Positions 44,024 through 52,371 of a stretch of 58,398 bases of DNA are shown piece by piece. The DNA comes from Actinomycetes bacterium (GTDB lineage Bacteria > Actinomycetota > Actinomycetes > JACCUZ01): contig DATBDW010000111.1 in the NCBI GenBank assembly GCA_036269735.1, forward strand, positions 1-58,398. The letters run 5' to 3'. Position numbers and translations under genes: made by a program. The notes under the pieces are model-generated. The model searched no databases. It worked only from the letters and a program-made list of their open reading frames with translations, and was not told where the DNA came from. Each line of letters opens with the position of its first letter. Position 1 is the first letter of the stretch.

Positions 44024-45592
44024 CGGCTGGTCGGCCGCCTGCTCGACCCGGCGCGCCACGATCGGGTCGCAGCGGGCGTTCAGGCACCGCCCGGTGGCCA
44101 GGTCGAAGTCGAAGTTGTGTCCGAGGCAGCGGAGCACGCCGCCCGACACGACCGCGCCCATCTCGAGATCCTCCCCGGCGTGCGGGCAGAACCTGCTGAC
44201 CTCCCAGCGTCCGCCGTCGGCGGAGACCACCACGGTGTCGGCGGGGTCGCGAGAGGTCTCGTACGCCTCCACCGCCTCGAGCGCGGAGGGGTCGGCGTGC
44301 TTGAGCAGCCCGACGAGGTAGTCGTTGTACACGTCCGGTTCGCGCCACGCGGAGAACCGCAACGACAGGAAGAGCTCCTCCCAGCGCGTCCGTCCGGTGA
44401 TCACCGCGTCCAGCCAGCGCGAGTCCAGTCGCAGGCGGTACTGCGCCTCGCGCCGCCGAGGTGTGAGGTGGACGGCCACATCCGGCTGGCCGAGGTCGAC
44501 GTCCCACGTGCCGCCCGCGGGCCCGGTCACCTCGAACCGCAGCGTCAGCCCGATCCGCTCGAGGAAGTAGCTGCTCATCGAGCCGAGCTGGCGGAAGTGC
44601 TCCGCGAACCGCTCGTCGAGGTCGCTCGCGGGGTCCGGCTCGGGGTACGCCGCATGGATGGCGGCGAGCTCCCCGGCGCGCCGCTCGGCGTACGCGTCGA
44701 GGCAGCCGTCCAGGTCGTCCCAGCTGAAGCCGTCCCACTGGGGGTCACGCAGCACTCGTCCGGTACCCAGGTCGAAGGTGTCGCCCGGCAACATGGTGAC
44801 CGTCTGCTGGTGGGGCAGCCGGTCGTCGAGCCAGCGGGCGGCCTGGGTGGGGTCCGGGAAGATCCCCGGCTCGGGGATCCAGCGGTTGTGCTGCCGCAGG
44901 TCGTCGTCCAGGAAGCAGGGCGGACCCGCGTAGGGCATGACCACCTTCGGCTGTGCACCGCGCACCAGGCGGGTGACGGCCTTGAACTTGCCGGCCCGCT
45001 TCTCCGCGCAGATCCGGGCGGTGACGTCCTCGGGGTACTCGTAGCAGATGGGGTGCCACGAGGCGCCGGACATCTGGACCGCCATGAAGTCCAGCGAGCC
45101 GCCGACCTCGGCCATGGCCCGCCGGGCCTGCGTGAGCGAGAGCCGCGCGTCGTTGGTGTGCATGATCGCCCGCCCGGCCGCGAAGACCATGATCGCGGCG
45201 TCATGACACATCGGCGACTGCTCCGGGATCACGGTCATCCAGTCGCCGCGGGTGTTGAGCGGCAGACGCTCCCAGGCGTCGAGCTCTACGACGTGACGCA
45301 CCCCCGCCTCCCGCAACCTGGTGCGCAGGATCGGCGATGGGTACCTCGGCACGACGACCCGCACATGGCTTGGCAGCGAGGCGAGCAACGGCAGGTCGAG
45401 ATGGTCGAGATGCTCGTGCGAGACCGCCACCCAGTCGCAGTCGAGGATCTGCGGGGTCCGCAGGTGACTGTTGTCGGGAAGCGGGAACCACGAGCCCAGG
45501 AACGCGCCGCCGGGCGACAACCACGGATCCGCGAGCAGGCGCATGTCCGGCGTCTCGATCCGCAGGCCCGCGTGACCGAGCGAGGTGACCAT
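44012..45592 (-). CDS. MBL-fold metallo-hydrolase fused to a C-terminal Rieske [2Fe-2S] domain
   Basis: The start is ATG at 45592 (MVTSLGHAGLRIE). The MBL motif is VAVSHEHLDHLD. The C-terminal Rieske ligands are CPH-x17-CLGH (RFCPHAGEDL...LRCLGHNFDFD). Confidence 0.75.
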   Translation of the reverse strand: MVTSLGHAGLRIETPDMRLLADPWLSPGGAFLGSWFPLPDNSHLRTPQILDCDWVAVSHEHLDHLDLPLLASLPSHVRVVVPRYPSPILRTRLREAGVRHVVELDAWERLPLNTRGDWMTVIPEQSPMCHDAAIMVFAAGRAIMHTNDARLSLTQARRAMAEVGGSLDFMAVQMSGASWHPICYEYPEDVTARICAEKRAGKFKAVTRLVRGAQPKVVMPYAGPPCFLDDDLRQHNRWIPEPGIFPDPTQAARWLDDRLPHQQTVTMLPGDTFDLGTGRVLRDPQWDGFSWDDLDGCLDAYAERRAGELAAIHAAYPEPDPASDLDERFAEHFRQLGSMSSYFLERIGLTLRFEVTGPAGGTWDVDLGQPDVAVHLTPRRREAQYRLRLDSRWLDAVITGRTRWEELFLSLRFSAWREPDVYNDYLVGLLKHADPSALEAVEAYETSRDPADTVVVSADGGRWEVSRFCPHAGEDLEMGAVVSGGVLRCLGHNFDFDLATGRCLNARCDPIVARRVEQAADQPVDL

Positions 45593-45717
45593 CGGAGCGT
45601 CCACCGCGTCAGTCTGCGGAGCCCGCTGCCACCTGCCAACCGGCACGCGCAGTAGAAGTCCTACGTCGATCGTCCTAGACCTTTCGGTCGCGGTCGACGC
45701 CGGACGGCCCGGTGCAG

Positions 45718-46218
45718 CTAAGCGACCGCGGTGTGGGGCATCGCCGGGAGTGCCCAGGCGCGCAGGTCGCTGAGGGGCCGGGTGATGGTGCACACGCCGT
45801 CGGCGAACGACGTCGCATGAGCGCCCCGGCTCAGCCGGCGCAGGAGGCGGGTGTTCTCTGCGTGGACGTGCAGGCGCACCTTGGTGAGTCCGCTCCCCGC
45901 GGCTTCGGCAAGGGTGGGCGCGAGCAGCGCTCGCCCCAAGCCCAGGCCCTGCGCGGGGTCGGCCACCAAGACCCCGAGCTCGGCGGCGTCGCCGTCGCGC
46001 CCCCACATCGCGTGCCCCAGCAGCCCGTCCCTCCCCGCCGCCACCCAGGCGCCGTGGTCCCCATCGCGCCGGAGCAGCGCCGCGACCAGGCGGGGTGACG
46101 GCGTGCCGATCCCGGCGAAGAAGCGATGCAGCGCAGACCGGAGGGAGAGTCCTCCGACCAACGCGGACAGGGCGGCGGCGTCGGCCGCAGCCGCCGGTCG
46201 CACCTGGATCTGGAACAC
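45718..46218 (-). CDS. GNAT-family N-acetyltransferase
   Basis: The acetyl-CoA binding motif is LVADPAQGLGLGRALL. The start is taken as GTG at 46218 (VFQIQVRPAAAADAAAL); GTG at 46263 is an alternative. Confidence 0.7.
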   Translation of the reverse strand: MFQIQVRPAAAADAAALSALVGGLSLRSALHRFFAGIGTPSPRLVAALLRRDGDHGAWVAAGRDGLLGHAMWGRDGDAAELGVLVADPAQGLGLGRALLAPTLAEAAGSGLTKVRLHVHAENTRLLRRLSRGAHATSFADGVCTITRPLSDLRAWALPAMPHTAVA

Positions 46219-46324
46219 GGACTCAGAGTGCGACCGCTCGCTGGGTCTGTCAAGTAGACTCACGTGACGATCCCGCAACGACCTGGTCTCTCCGGCGCCT
46301 GCCGGCGGACCAGAGGGAGGTCCC

Positions 46325-46801
46325 GTGGAGCCTGAGGCACTGAACTGGTCGGCGGACACCTGCACGGTCGGCCTGGCCGCCGAGGTGGTGTGCGAGCGCT
46401 GGACCCTGCTCATCCTGCGCGAGGTCTTCCAGGGCATCCGGCGCTTCGACCAGCTCACGATCCGCACCGAGATCCCCCGCCAGGTCCTGACCGAGCGGTT
46501 GGCCCGGCTCATCGACGACGGGCTGCTCCGTCGTGAGCCCTACCAGGAGCCCGGCCAGCGGCGCCGGTTCGAGTACCGGCTGACGACCAAGGGGCTGGAC
46601 CTCTACCCGGTCCTGGTTGCGCTGGGTCGCTGGGGCGACAAGTACCTCGCCGACGAGTCCGGTCCGGCGGTCGAGTTCGTCCACCGCGACTGCGGTGCGC
46701 ACGTCGACCTGGTGCTGCGCTGCACCGAGGGACACGAGCTGGTCGAGAGCCGCGCGGTCGGCGGCCGACCGGGGCCGGGCGCCCGTCGCCGTACCGCCTG
46801 A
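46325..46801 (+). CDS. HxlR-family winged-helix transcriptional regulator
   Basis: The translation contains CTVGLAAEVVCERWTLLILREVFQGIRRFDQLTIRTEIPRQVLTERLARLIDDGLLRREPYQEPGQRRRFEYRLTTKG. The gene is divergent from the GNAT gene. Confidence 0.88.
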   Translation: MEPEALNWSADTCTVGLAAEVVCERWTLLILREVFQGIRRFDQLTIRTEIPRQVLTERLARLIDDGLLRREPYQEPGQRRRFEYRLTTKGLDLYPVLVALGRWGDKYLADESGPAVEFVHRDCGAHVDLVLRCTEGHELVESRAVGGRPGPGARRRTA

Positions 46802-46972
46802 TCCGCAAGTCCCGGCCGGACGATTGCGACGAGCCGTCGCAAATCACGTGCCGTCAGCCGGGTCCCCGGTAAAGACCCGGCCACGTTGCTCGACGTCCTC
46901 GCAGCGCAGGTGTTTCGTGAAGGGGACACAGTGCCCTCGGGAGGGGGCACGGCACCGGAGGGGGAGCCCGTC

Positions 46973-47125
46973 ATGACCACCACACCTGTCGATACGGCCG
47001 ACGACCTGGCCCTCGGCGACAGCCTCACCATCGCCGAGGACTTGACCGACCCGGACGACGCGGACGAGCCGACGGCCCCCGTGACGTTCCACGTGCTCGA
47101 CGTCGCCGGGGTCGACCCGTCATGA
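46973..47125 (+). CDS. 50-aa highly acidic hypothetical protein
   Basis: ATG at 46973 follows GGAGGGGGAG. The protein is MTTTPVDTADDLALGDSLTIAEDLTDPDDADEPTAPVTFHVLDVAGVDPS, with 13 Asp/Glu and no Lys/Arg. Its stop overlaps the next gene's start (ATGA). Confidence 0.45.
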   Translation: MTTTPVDTADDLALGDSLTIAEDLTDPDDADEPTAPVTFHVLDVAGVDPS

Positions 47126-47814
47126 CCGAGATGCGCAAGGTCGTGGCGGTCGATTTCCTGTCCCGACCGCCGCGGTTCTCGCCGTTGGAGGCGCTGACCA
47201 TCTGCCGGCAGATGGTCGACAAGAAGGCCGGCAAGTGCCGGCACGGTGCCACGGTCTTCGAGGCCTGCGGGCACCTGTCCGCGTGCCACTACGGGTTCGT
47301 GCACCTCGGCTACAACGACCCGGTCTCGGCGTGGCACAACATGACGCCGAAGTACCGCCACCACGGCCTCGAGAAGATGATGGAGGCCCCCGCGGGAGCG
47401 GTCCTGTTCTGGAAGGGCGGCAGCGCGGGCCACGGCCACACCGGGCTCGCGGACGGAAAGGGCAACCTGTTCTCCAACGACTTCCCGGTCTCCGGTGAGT
47501 TCGCCCGGTTCCCGATCGACCAGGTCGCGGCACACAGCAACGCGGCCAGCCCCCTCGTGCCGCTCGGGTGGACGTTCCCGTTCTTCAAGATGGCCGTGTC
47601 CGACCGGCAGGACCCGCCGCTCGTCACCGGGCACTCCAGGCGCGAGGAGCACATCGTCGACCTGATCATCATGAGCCAGCAGGACGTCATCGCAGCGGCC
47701 CGCAAGGCGCTGCACGTCCGCAAGAGCCCGGCCGACCAGAAGGCGTACCGCCGGATCATCACCGCGAGTCGCAAGCAGATCGACATCGCCAAGGAGCTGC
47801 ACGCGAAGGTCTGA
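47122..47814 (+). CDS. cytoplasmic CHAP/NlpC-P60-like (papain-fold amidase-like) protein with a C-terminal helical extension
   Basis: The segment PAGAVLFWKGGSAGHGHTGLADGKGNLFSND resembles the GD.v.....GHVGI..G.G motif of NlpC/P60-CHAP enzymes. Candidate nucleophile cysteines lie upstream (TICRQM, GKCRHG). There is no signal peptide. Confidence 0.45.
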   Translation: MTEMRKVVAVDFLSRPPRFSPLEALTICRQMVDKKAGKCRHGATVFEACGHLSACHYGFVHLGYNDPVSAWHNMTPKYRHHGLEKMMEAPAGAVLFWKGGSAGHGHTGLADGKGNLFSNDFPVSGEFARFPIDQVAAHSNAASPLVPLGWTFPFFKMAVSDRQDPPLVTGHSRREEHIVDLIIMSQQDVIAAARKALHVRKSPADQKAYRRIITASRKQIDIAKELHAKV

Positions 47815-47935
47815 CGGTGCGGTCAGGGCCGGACGACGTCGGACGGCCCCGCTGGACCAGGAACTCGGTGGCCGGTCGGCGGGTCGGCTTCTAGCGTCGT
47901 CGGCATGCCGACCTCCGTCTTCGCCATGATCCGTC

Positions 47936-48475
47936 GTGTCCGGGGCCGGGCGGCCACCGGGCGGCTGGGGATGGCACCCGCTCGATGACCTGTGGGCGCT
48001 CCGGGTGGTGGCGGCTGCGGCGCCACGACCCGGTGAGCTGGTGCTCGACGTCGGTGCCGGTACGGGCGCGCTCACGGCGCCTCTCGTCGCGGCCGGTGCC
48101 CGGGTGGTCGCGGTTCAGCTGCATCCTGGTCGGGCGGCGACCCTGCGGCGGAGGTTCGCCGACGCCGACGTGACCGTCGTCGAGGTCAACATCGCGGCGT
48201 TGCGCTTGCCGCGGCGGCCGTTCCGGGTCGTCGCGAACCCGCCATACGCCGGCTCGACCGCGCTGCTGCGCCTGCTGCTCGACCGGGGATCGCTGATGCA
48301 GGCAGCCGATCTCGTGCTTCAGGGTGCGCTGGTGCGGCGCATCGTCGACGGCGACCTGCGCGGAGTGCGCCGGCCCGGCCGGTTCCGCGTCGAGCGCGGC
48401 ATGTCGCTGCCCCGCCGCGCTTTCCACCCATCGCCGCGTGTCGACTCCGCCGTCCTGGTGGTCAGGCGCCGGTGA
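47936..48475 (+). CDS. short Erm(37)-like rRNA adenine N6-methyltransferase (catalytic domain only)
   Basis: The protein is 179 aa. Motifs present are WGWHPL, the SAM motif VLDVGAGTGALTAPL, RVVAVQLHP, the catalytic RVVANPPY and FHPSPRVDSAVLVVRRR. It lacks the C-terminal helical domain found in KsgA and in typical Erm proteins. Confidence 0.7.
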   Translation: MSGAGRPPGGWGWHPLDDLWALRVVAAAAPRPGELVLDVGAGTGALTAPLVAAGARVVAVQLHPGRAATLRRRFADADVTVVEVNIAALRLPRRPFRVVANPPYAGSTALLRLLLDRGSLMQAADLVLQGALVRRIVDGDLRGVRRPGRFRVERGMSLPRRAFHPSPRVDSAVLVVRRR

Positions 48476-48481
48476 GGCCGG

Positions 48482-48753
48482 TCAGCTGATGCAGAACTCG
48501 TTGCCCTCCGGATCGTGCATCACCGTGACGTAGTAGGCGTCATCAGCCTCGTCGTGCCGGGTACGTCGTTCGACGCCGGCTCCCAGCGCGACCAGGTCGG
48601 CGACCTTCGCCTCGACGACCTCGACTCGCTGCTCCATCGGCATCGCGTCGTCTCCGACCCCGCTGCGGGCATCGGCTGGTAGTTCATTGCCTGCGCCCAG
48701 AACCGAGCGAGCAGTGCGAGGTCGTTCGCGTCGATGGTCGGCTGCCAGAACAT
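48482..48753 (-). pseudogene. frameshifted/truncated VOC (glyoxalase-like) gene
   Basis: The N-terminus MFWQPTIDANDLALLARFWAQAMNYQP lies in one frame (from 48753). The C-terminus VEAKVADLVALGAGVE...YYVTVMHDPEGNEFCIS lies in another frame (ending at 48482). The combined length is much shorter than typical family members. Confidence 0.55.
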
Positions 48754-48811
48754 GTCCCGACACCAGGTCCGTCCCCGACGACCGTTGAGTCTGTCGGTGC
48801 GGGAGACGACA

Positions 48812-49162
48812 GTGAACGCCGTGGTGACCGTGGACGACGTGCGCGGCTGGGTGGCGGACCTGCCGAGGAGCTACGAGGTGCTGGTGCACGACCGGATCAA
48901 GTTCCGCGTCGGCAGCATGGTGTACGCCGCGTTCTCGCGAGACGAGCGCGAGCTGGGTGTCGGGTTCCCGAAGGACGAACGCGCGGACGCCGTCGCGGCC
49001 CGGCCGGAGGTCTTCGCGCTGCCGCGGGAGTCGGACCTACGGTTCCACTGGATCGTTGTCCGTCTCGGCGCCGTCGATCTCGACGAGCTGCACGAGATCG
49101 TGCTCGACGCCTGGCGGATGGTCGTGCCGAAGAAGGTCGCCCGCGAGCACCTAGGCGGCTGA
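48812..49162 (+). CDS. MmcQ/YjbR-family protein
   Basis: GTG at 48812 follows GGGAG. The translation contains VVTVDDVRGWVADLPRSYEVLVHDRIKFRVGSMVYAAFSRDERELGVGFPKDE...ELHEIVLDAWRMVVPKKV. Confidence 0.65.
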   Translation: MNAVVTVDDVRGWVADLPRSYEVLVHDRIKFRVGSMVYAAFSRDERELGVGFPKDERADAVAARPEVFALPRESDLRFHWIVVRLGAVDLDELHEIVLDAWRMVVPKKVAREHLGG

Positions 49163-49339
49163 CGACGTCTGACGACTACGACGCGGCACGCACCGAGGCG
49201 ACGCGTGGACCGGAAGGACGACGCCCTGCCGAAGACACCGACTCGCGACCGAGCCTTGCCCTGGTCCTTGGTCGGCGATTGAATCGTCTTTCGGGTACCT
49301 GTTACGTCTTACGTCTCCCCGCGCATCGTGACTTCGGCG

Positions 49340-52069
49340 TCAGCCGGTGTTGCGCAGGCCGGCCGCGATGCCGTTGACCGTGAGCAGCAGCGCCTCCCGC
49401 AGCTGCGCGTCGGCACTGTCGACGCCAACGAGTGCTCGTGATCGCCGGAGCAGTGAGACCTGCAGATAGCTGATCGGGTCGAGGTAGGCGTCGCGGACCT
49501 CGAGGGTGCGCGCGAGCAACGGGTTCGCCCCCAGGAGCGAACCTTCGCGGGTCACCTTGAGGACCTCGTCGACGGTCCGGTCGTGCTCGGCGCGTACGTC
49601 GTCGAACAGGTGCCGCAGGTCCGGGTCGACCAGCGAGTCGACGTAGTGCGCCGCGATCCGCAGGTCGGTCTTGGCCAGCGTCATCGACACGTTGGACAGG
49701 AACGTGCGGAAGAAGTGCCAGCCGTCGTACATCTCGTCCAGAGCGTCGCCCCGCCCGGCCGCTCGGACCGCGGCCAGGCCGGTGCCGACGCCGTACCAGC
49801 CGGGCACCACCTGGCGGGACTGGGTCCAGCCGAACACCCACGGGATCGCGCGCAGCCCGGAGAGGCCTGCGCCCGTGTCCGGGCGCCGCGCCGGCCGCGA
49901 GCCGATGTTCAGGTCGGTCAGCAGCTCGACGGGTGTCGACTGGACGAAGTACCCCGGCAGGTCGGGGTCCTCGACGAGTGCCCGGTAGCGGTCCTGGGCG
50001 GCGCTGGACAGCAGATCCATCACGTCGTCGTAGCGGGCCAGGGCGGACGTCGTCGTGCGCGGGACCCGGTGCAGCACGGTCGCCTCGAGCGTGGCGGCCA
50101 GCGTGAGCTCGAGGTTCTCCCGCGCGAGTGCCGGCAATGAGTACTTGTCCGAGATGACCTCGCCCTGCTCGGTCACCTTGATCTCGCCGTCCAGCGTTCC
50201 CCACGGCTGGGCCAGGATCGCCTCGTGCGTCGGGCCGCCGCCGCGGCCGATCGTCCCGCCGCGGCCGTGGAAGAGCCGCAGCCGCACGCCGAACCGCCCG
50301 GCCACGTCGCGCAGCTGCCGCTGCGCCCGGTGGATCTCCCACTGCGACGTGGTGATGCCGGCTTCCTTGTTGGAGTCCGAGTAACCGAGCATCACCTCCT
50401 GCACGTCGCCGCGCAGCGCGACCAGGCTGCGGTACGCCGGGTCGCCGAGCAGGTCCTCGAGAAGGCGCCCGGCCTCGCGCAGCTCCCCGATGGTCTCCAG
50501 TAACGGCACGAAGCCGATCCGCGCGACGCCGCCGTGCAGGTCGACCAGGCCGGCCTCGCGGGCCAGCAGCACCGCCGCGAGCAGGTCGTCGGCGCCCCGG
50601 GTCATCGACACGATGTAGCTCTCGCAGACCTCTGGGCCGAACACGTCGAGGGCCGCACGGATCGTGTCGAACACCGCGAGGGTGCGCGCGCCCGCGTCGT
50701 CCAGGTCCGCGGGCTGCGGGCTCAGCGGGCGCCGCCCGGCGAGCTCCTTGCGCAGTGCGTCGAGGCGGTGCGCGCGCGGCAGGTCGGCGTACCGGAAGGA
50801 CAGCTCGCCGAGCCGGTCCACGAGCTGCGCCAGGGCGTGGTGGTGGGCGTCGGCGTGCTCGCGCACATCGAGAGTGGCCAGGTGCAGCCCGAACGTCTCT
50901 ACGGTGCGGAGCAGGCGGTCCACCCGGCCCCGCGCGACGAGCGATCCGCGGTGCGTGACCAGCGAGTCGCGCATCAGCCGCAGGTCGGCGAGCAGGCCGG
51001 CGCTGCCGAGGTAGTCGCTCCCCGGCCGGTGCGCCGCACCGGCCGCGATCCGGTCGCGGGTGTGCGCCAGCTTGAGCTGCACGCACCGGCCCTTGAGCCG
51101 GTAGGGCTCGTCGGCGTTGACCCGGCGGACCCGTGCCGGCAGGTCCGGCAGGGCGGCGAGGTCGCGCTCGATGCTGGCCATCAGCTCCGGGCTGGCGCCG
51201 ACCAGCTGCTCCGAGGTGGACAGGTCCTCCATCAGGTCGTCGACCAGCGCCGACAGGTCGCGCAGCGCGTGCCCGTGCTGGAGCACGAGCACCTCGGAGG
51301 TGACCGCAGGCGTGACGTGCGGGTTGCCGTCGCGGTCGCCGCCGATCCAGCTGCCGAACCGCAGCGGCCGGGCGTCGGGTGGCAGCTCGACGCCGAGCGA
51401 GCCCAGCTGGTCGGTGAGCTCCTCGAGCACGTCGGCGACGGTGTCGCGCATCAGCTCGTCGAGGTAGTACGCCGCGTTGCGCGCCTCGTCGACCGGCTCC
51501 GGGCGGTCGTGGCGCAGCTCGGCGGTCTGCCACAGCAGGTCGATGACCTCGGCTATCCGCCGGTCCGCGCGCGGGTCGCCGGTGGCGTCGAGCAGGTCGG
51601 CCACTCGCCGGCGTTTGGACAGGATCGAGCGGCGGGCCGCCTCGGTCGGGTGTGCGGTGAACACAGGACGTACGGCGAGGCGCGCGACGAGACCAGACAC
51701 CTCCGCCGCCGGCAGCCCGGCCGCGCGGATCCGCTCCGCGGTGCGCGCCAGCCAGCCGCCCTTCACCGCCCGCTCCGCCTGCATCTCGCGAGCCCGATGT
51801 ACCTGCTCGGTGACGTTGGCCAGGTGGAAGTAGGTGCCGAAGGCGCGGACCAGTTTGGCGGCGGTCGCCACGTCGACGCCCTCCAGCAGGTCGGCCAGGC
51901 CGGCGGTATCTGACCGGCTGAGCGCGCGGACGCGCTCCACCAGGTCAAGCAGCTCGGGGCCCTCCTGGCGCACCAGCGACTCGCCGAGCAGGTTCCCCAG
52001 CCGGCGTACGTCGGCCCGGAGGGCGGCCTGCTCAGCCGGTCCGTGCAGCGCCTGGTCGTCGGCCGTCAC
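49340..52069 (-). CDS. ppc: phosphoenolpyruvate carboxylase
   Basis: The protein is 909 aa. Motifs present are [55 protein letters not shown] and the C-terminal AAGLRNTG. Confidence 0.95.
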   Translation of the reverse strand: MTADDQALHGPAEQAALRADVRRLGNLLGESLVRQEGPELLDLVERVRALSRSDTAGLADLLEGVDVATAAKLVRAFGTYFHLANVTEQVHRAREMQAERAVKGGWLARTAERIRAAGLPAAEVSGLVARLAVRPVFTAHPTEAARRSILSKRRRVADLLDATGDPRADRRIAEVIDLLWQTAELRHDRPEPVDEARNAAYYLDELMRDTVADVLEELTDQLGSLGVELPPDARPLRFGSWIGGDRDGNPHVTPAVTSEVLVLQHGHALRDLSALVDDLMEDLSTSEQLVGASPELMASIERDLAALPDLPARVRRVNADEPYRLKGRCVQLKLAHTRDRIAAGAAHRPGSDYLGSAGLLADLRLMRDSLVTHRGSLVARGRVDRLLRTVETFGLHLATLDVREHADAHHHALAQLVDRLGELSFRYADLPRAHRLDALRKELAGRRPLSPQPADLDDAGARTLAVFDTIRAALDVFGPEVCESYIVSMTRGADDLLAAVLLAREAGLVDLHGGVARIGFVPLLETIGELREAGRLLEDLLGDPAYRSLVALRGDVQEVMLGYSDSNKEAGITTSQWEIHRAQRQLRDVAGRFGVRLRLFHGRGGTIGRGGGPTHEAILAQPWGTLDGEIKVTEQGEVISDKYSLPALARENLELTLAATLEATVLHRVPRTTTSALARYDDVMDLLSSAAQDRYRALVEDPDLPGYFVQSTPVELLTDLNIGSRPARRPDTGAGLSGLRAIPWVFGWTQSRQVVPGWYGVGTGLAAVRAAGRGDALDEMYDGWHFFRTFLSNVSMTLAKTDLRIAAHYVDSLVDPDLRHLFDDVRAEHDRTVDEVLKVTREGSLLGANPLLARTLEVRDAYLDPISYLQVSLLRRSRALVGVDSADAQLREALLLTVNGIAAGLRNTG

Positions 52070-52151
52070 CCGCTCACGGTAGGTGCGCCGGCGTGGCAGG
52101 CCGACCCGCGGACCGCGATCCGAGACCCGCCCGCCGACCTGGCCAGCCTGT

Positions 52152-52244
52152 CAGTCGATCACGTTTACGTGATCCACGGACGCCTTGCAGGGCGTGCAAC
52201 CCGTGCAAGGCGACAGTCGATCACGTTTACGTGATCCACGGACG
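52152..52244. repeat. two perfect 31-bp direct repeats, each carrying an 8-bp-arm GATC palindrome, flanking a 9-bp-stem hairpin (ppc/mfd divergent intergenic region)
   Basis: CAGTCGATCACGTTTACGTGATCCACGGACG occurs at 52152-52182 and again at 52214-52244. The internal palindrome GATCACGT-TT-ACGTGATC lies at 52157-52174 and 52219-52236. Between the copies, CGCCTTGCA (52181-52189) pairs with TGCAAGGCG (52204-52212). Confidence 0.85.
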
Positions 52245-52371
52245 GGGGCGGTGGGGGTGGGGTGGCGGCGCGGCGGTGGGGTGTCGCCCGGGGCGACGTA
52301 CGCTGGGAAGCCCCGGCCGCCCTGCGGTCCGGGGCAGCAGTGCTGGCCCGACCTAGTTCTGGAGCGACCCC

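Noticed and set aside
46825-46843. A small hairpin, TTGCGACG-agc-CGTCGCAA, just after the HxlR stop, plus nearby imperfect GC stems.
   Set aside because: The 8-bp stem has a 3-nt loop and no T-tract. It could be a weak terminator, but it cannot be distinguished from chance GC-rich palindromes and is not annotated as a feature.
52152-52244. Whether the 31-bp direct repeats could be a minimal CRISPR array.
   Set aside because: There are only two copies. No cas genes occur anywhere in the window, and the sequence between the copies is itself a hairpin that shares bases with the repeats. This is better explained as a regulatory or repeat element.
52244-52281. A run of G-tracts (GGGGG-N4-GGGGG-N1-GGGG-N15-GGGG) upstream of mfd that might form a G-quadruplex.
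   Set aside because: G-runs are frequent in DNA of this GC content. One loop would be 15 nt long, and nothing in the sequence distinguishes the tract from background.
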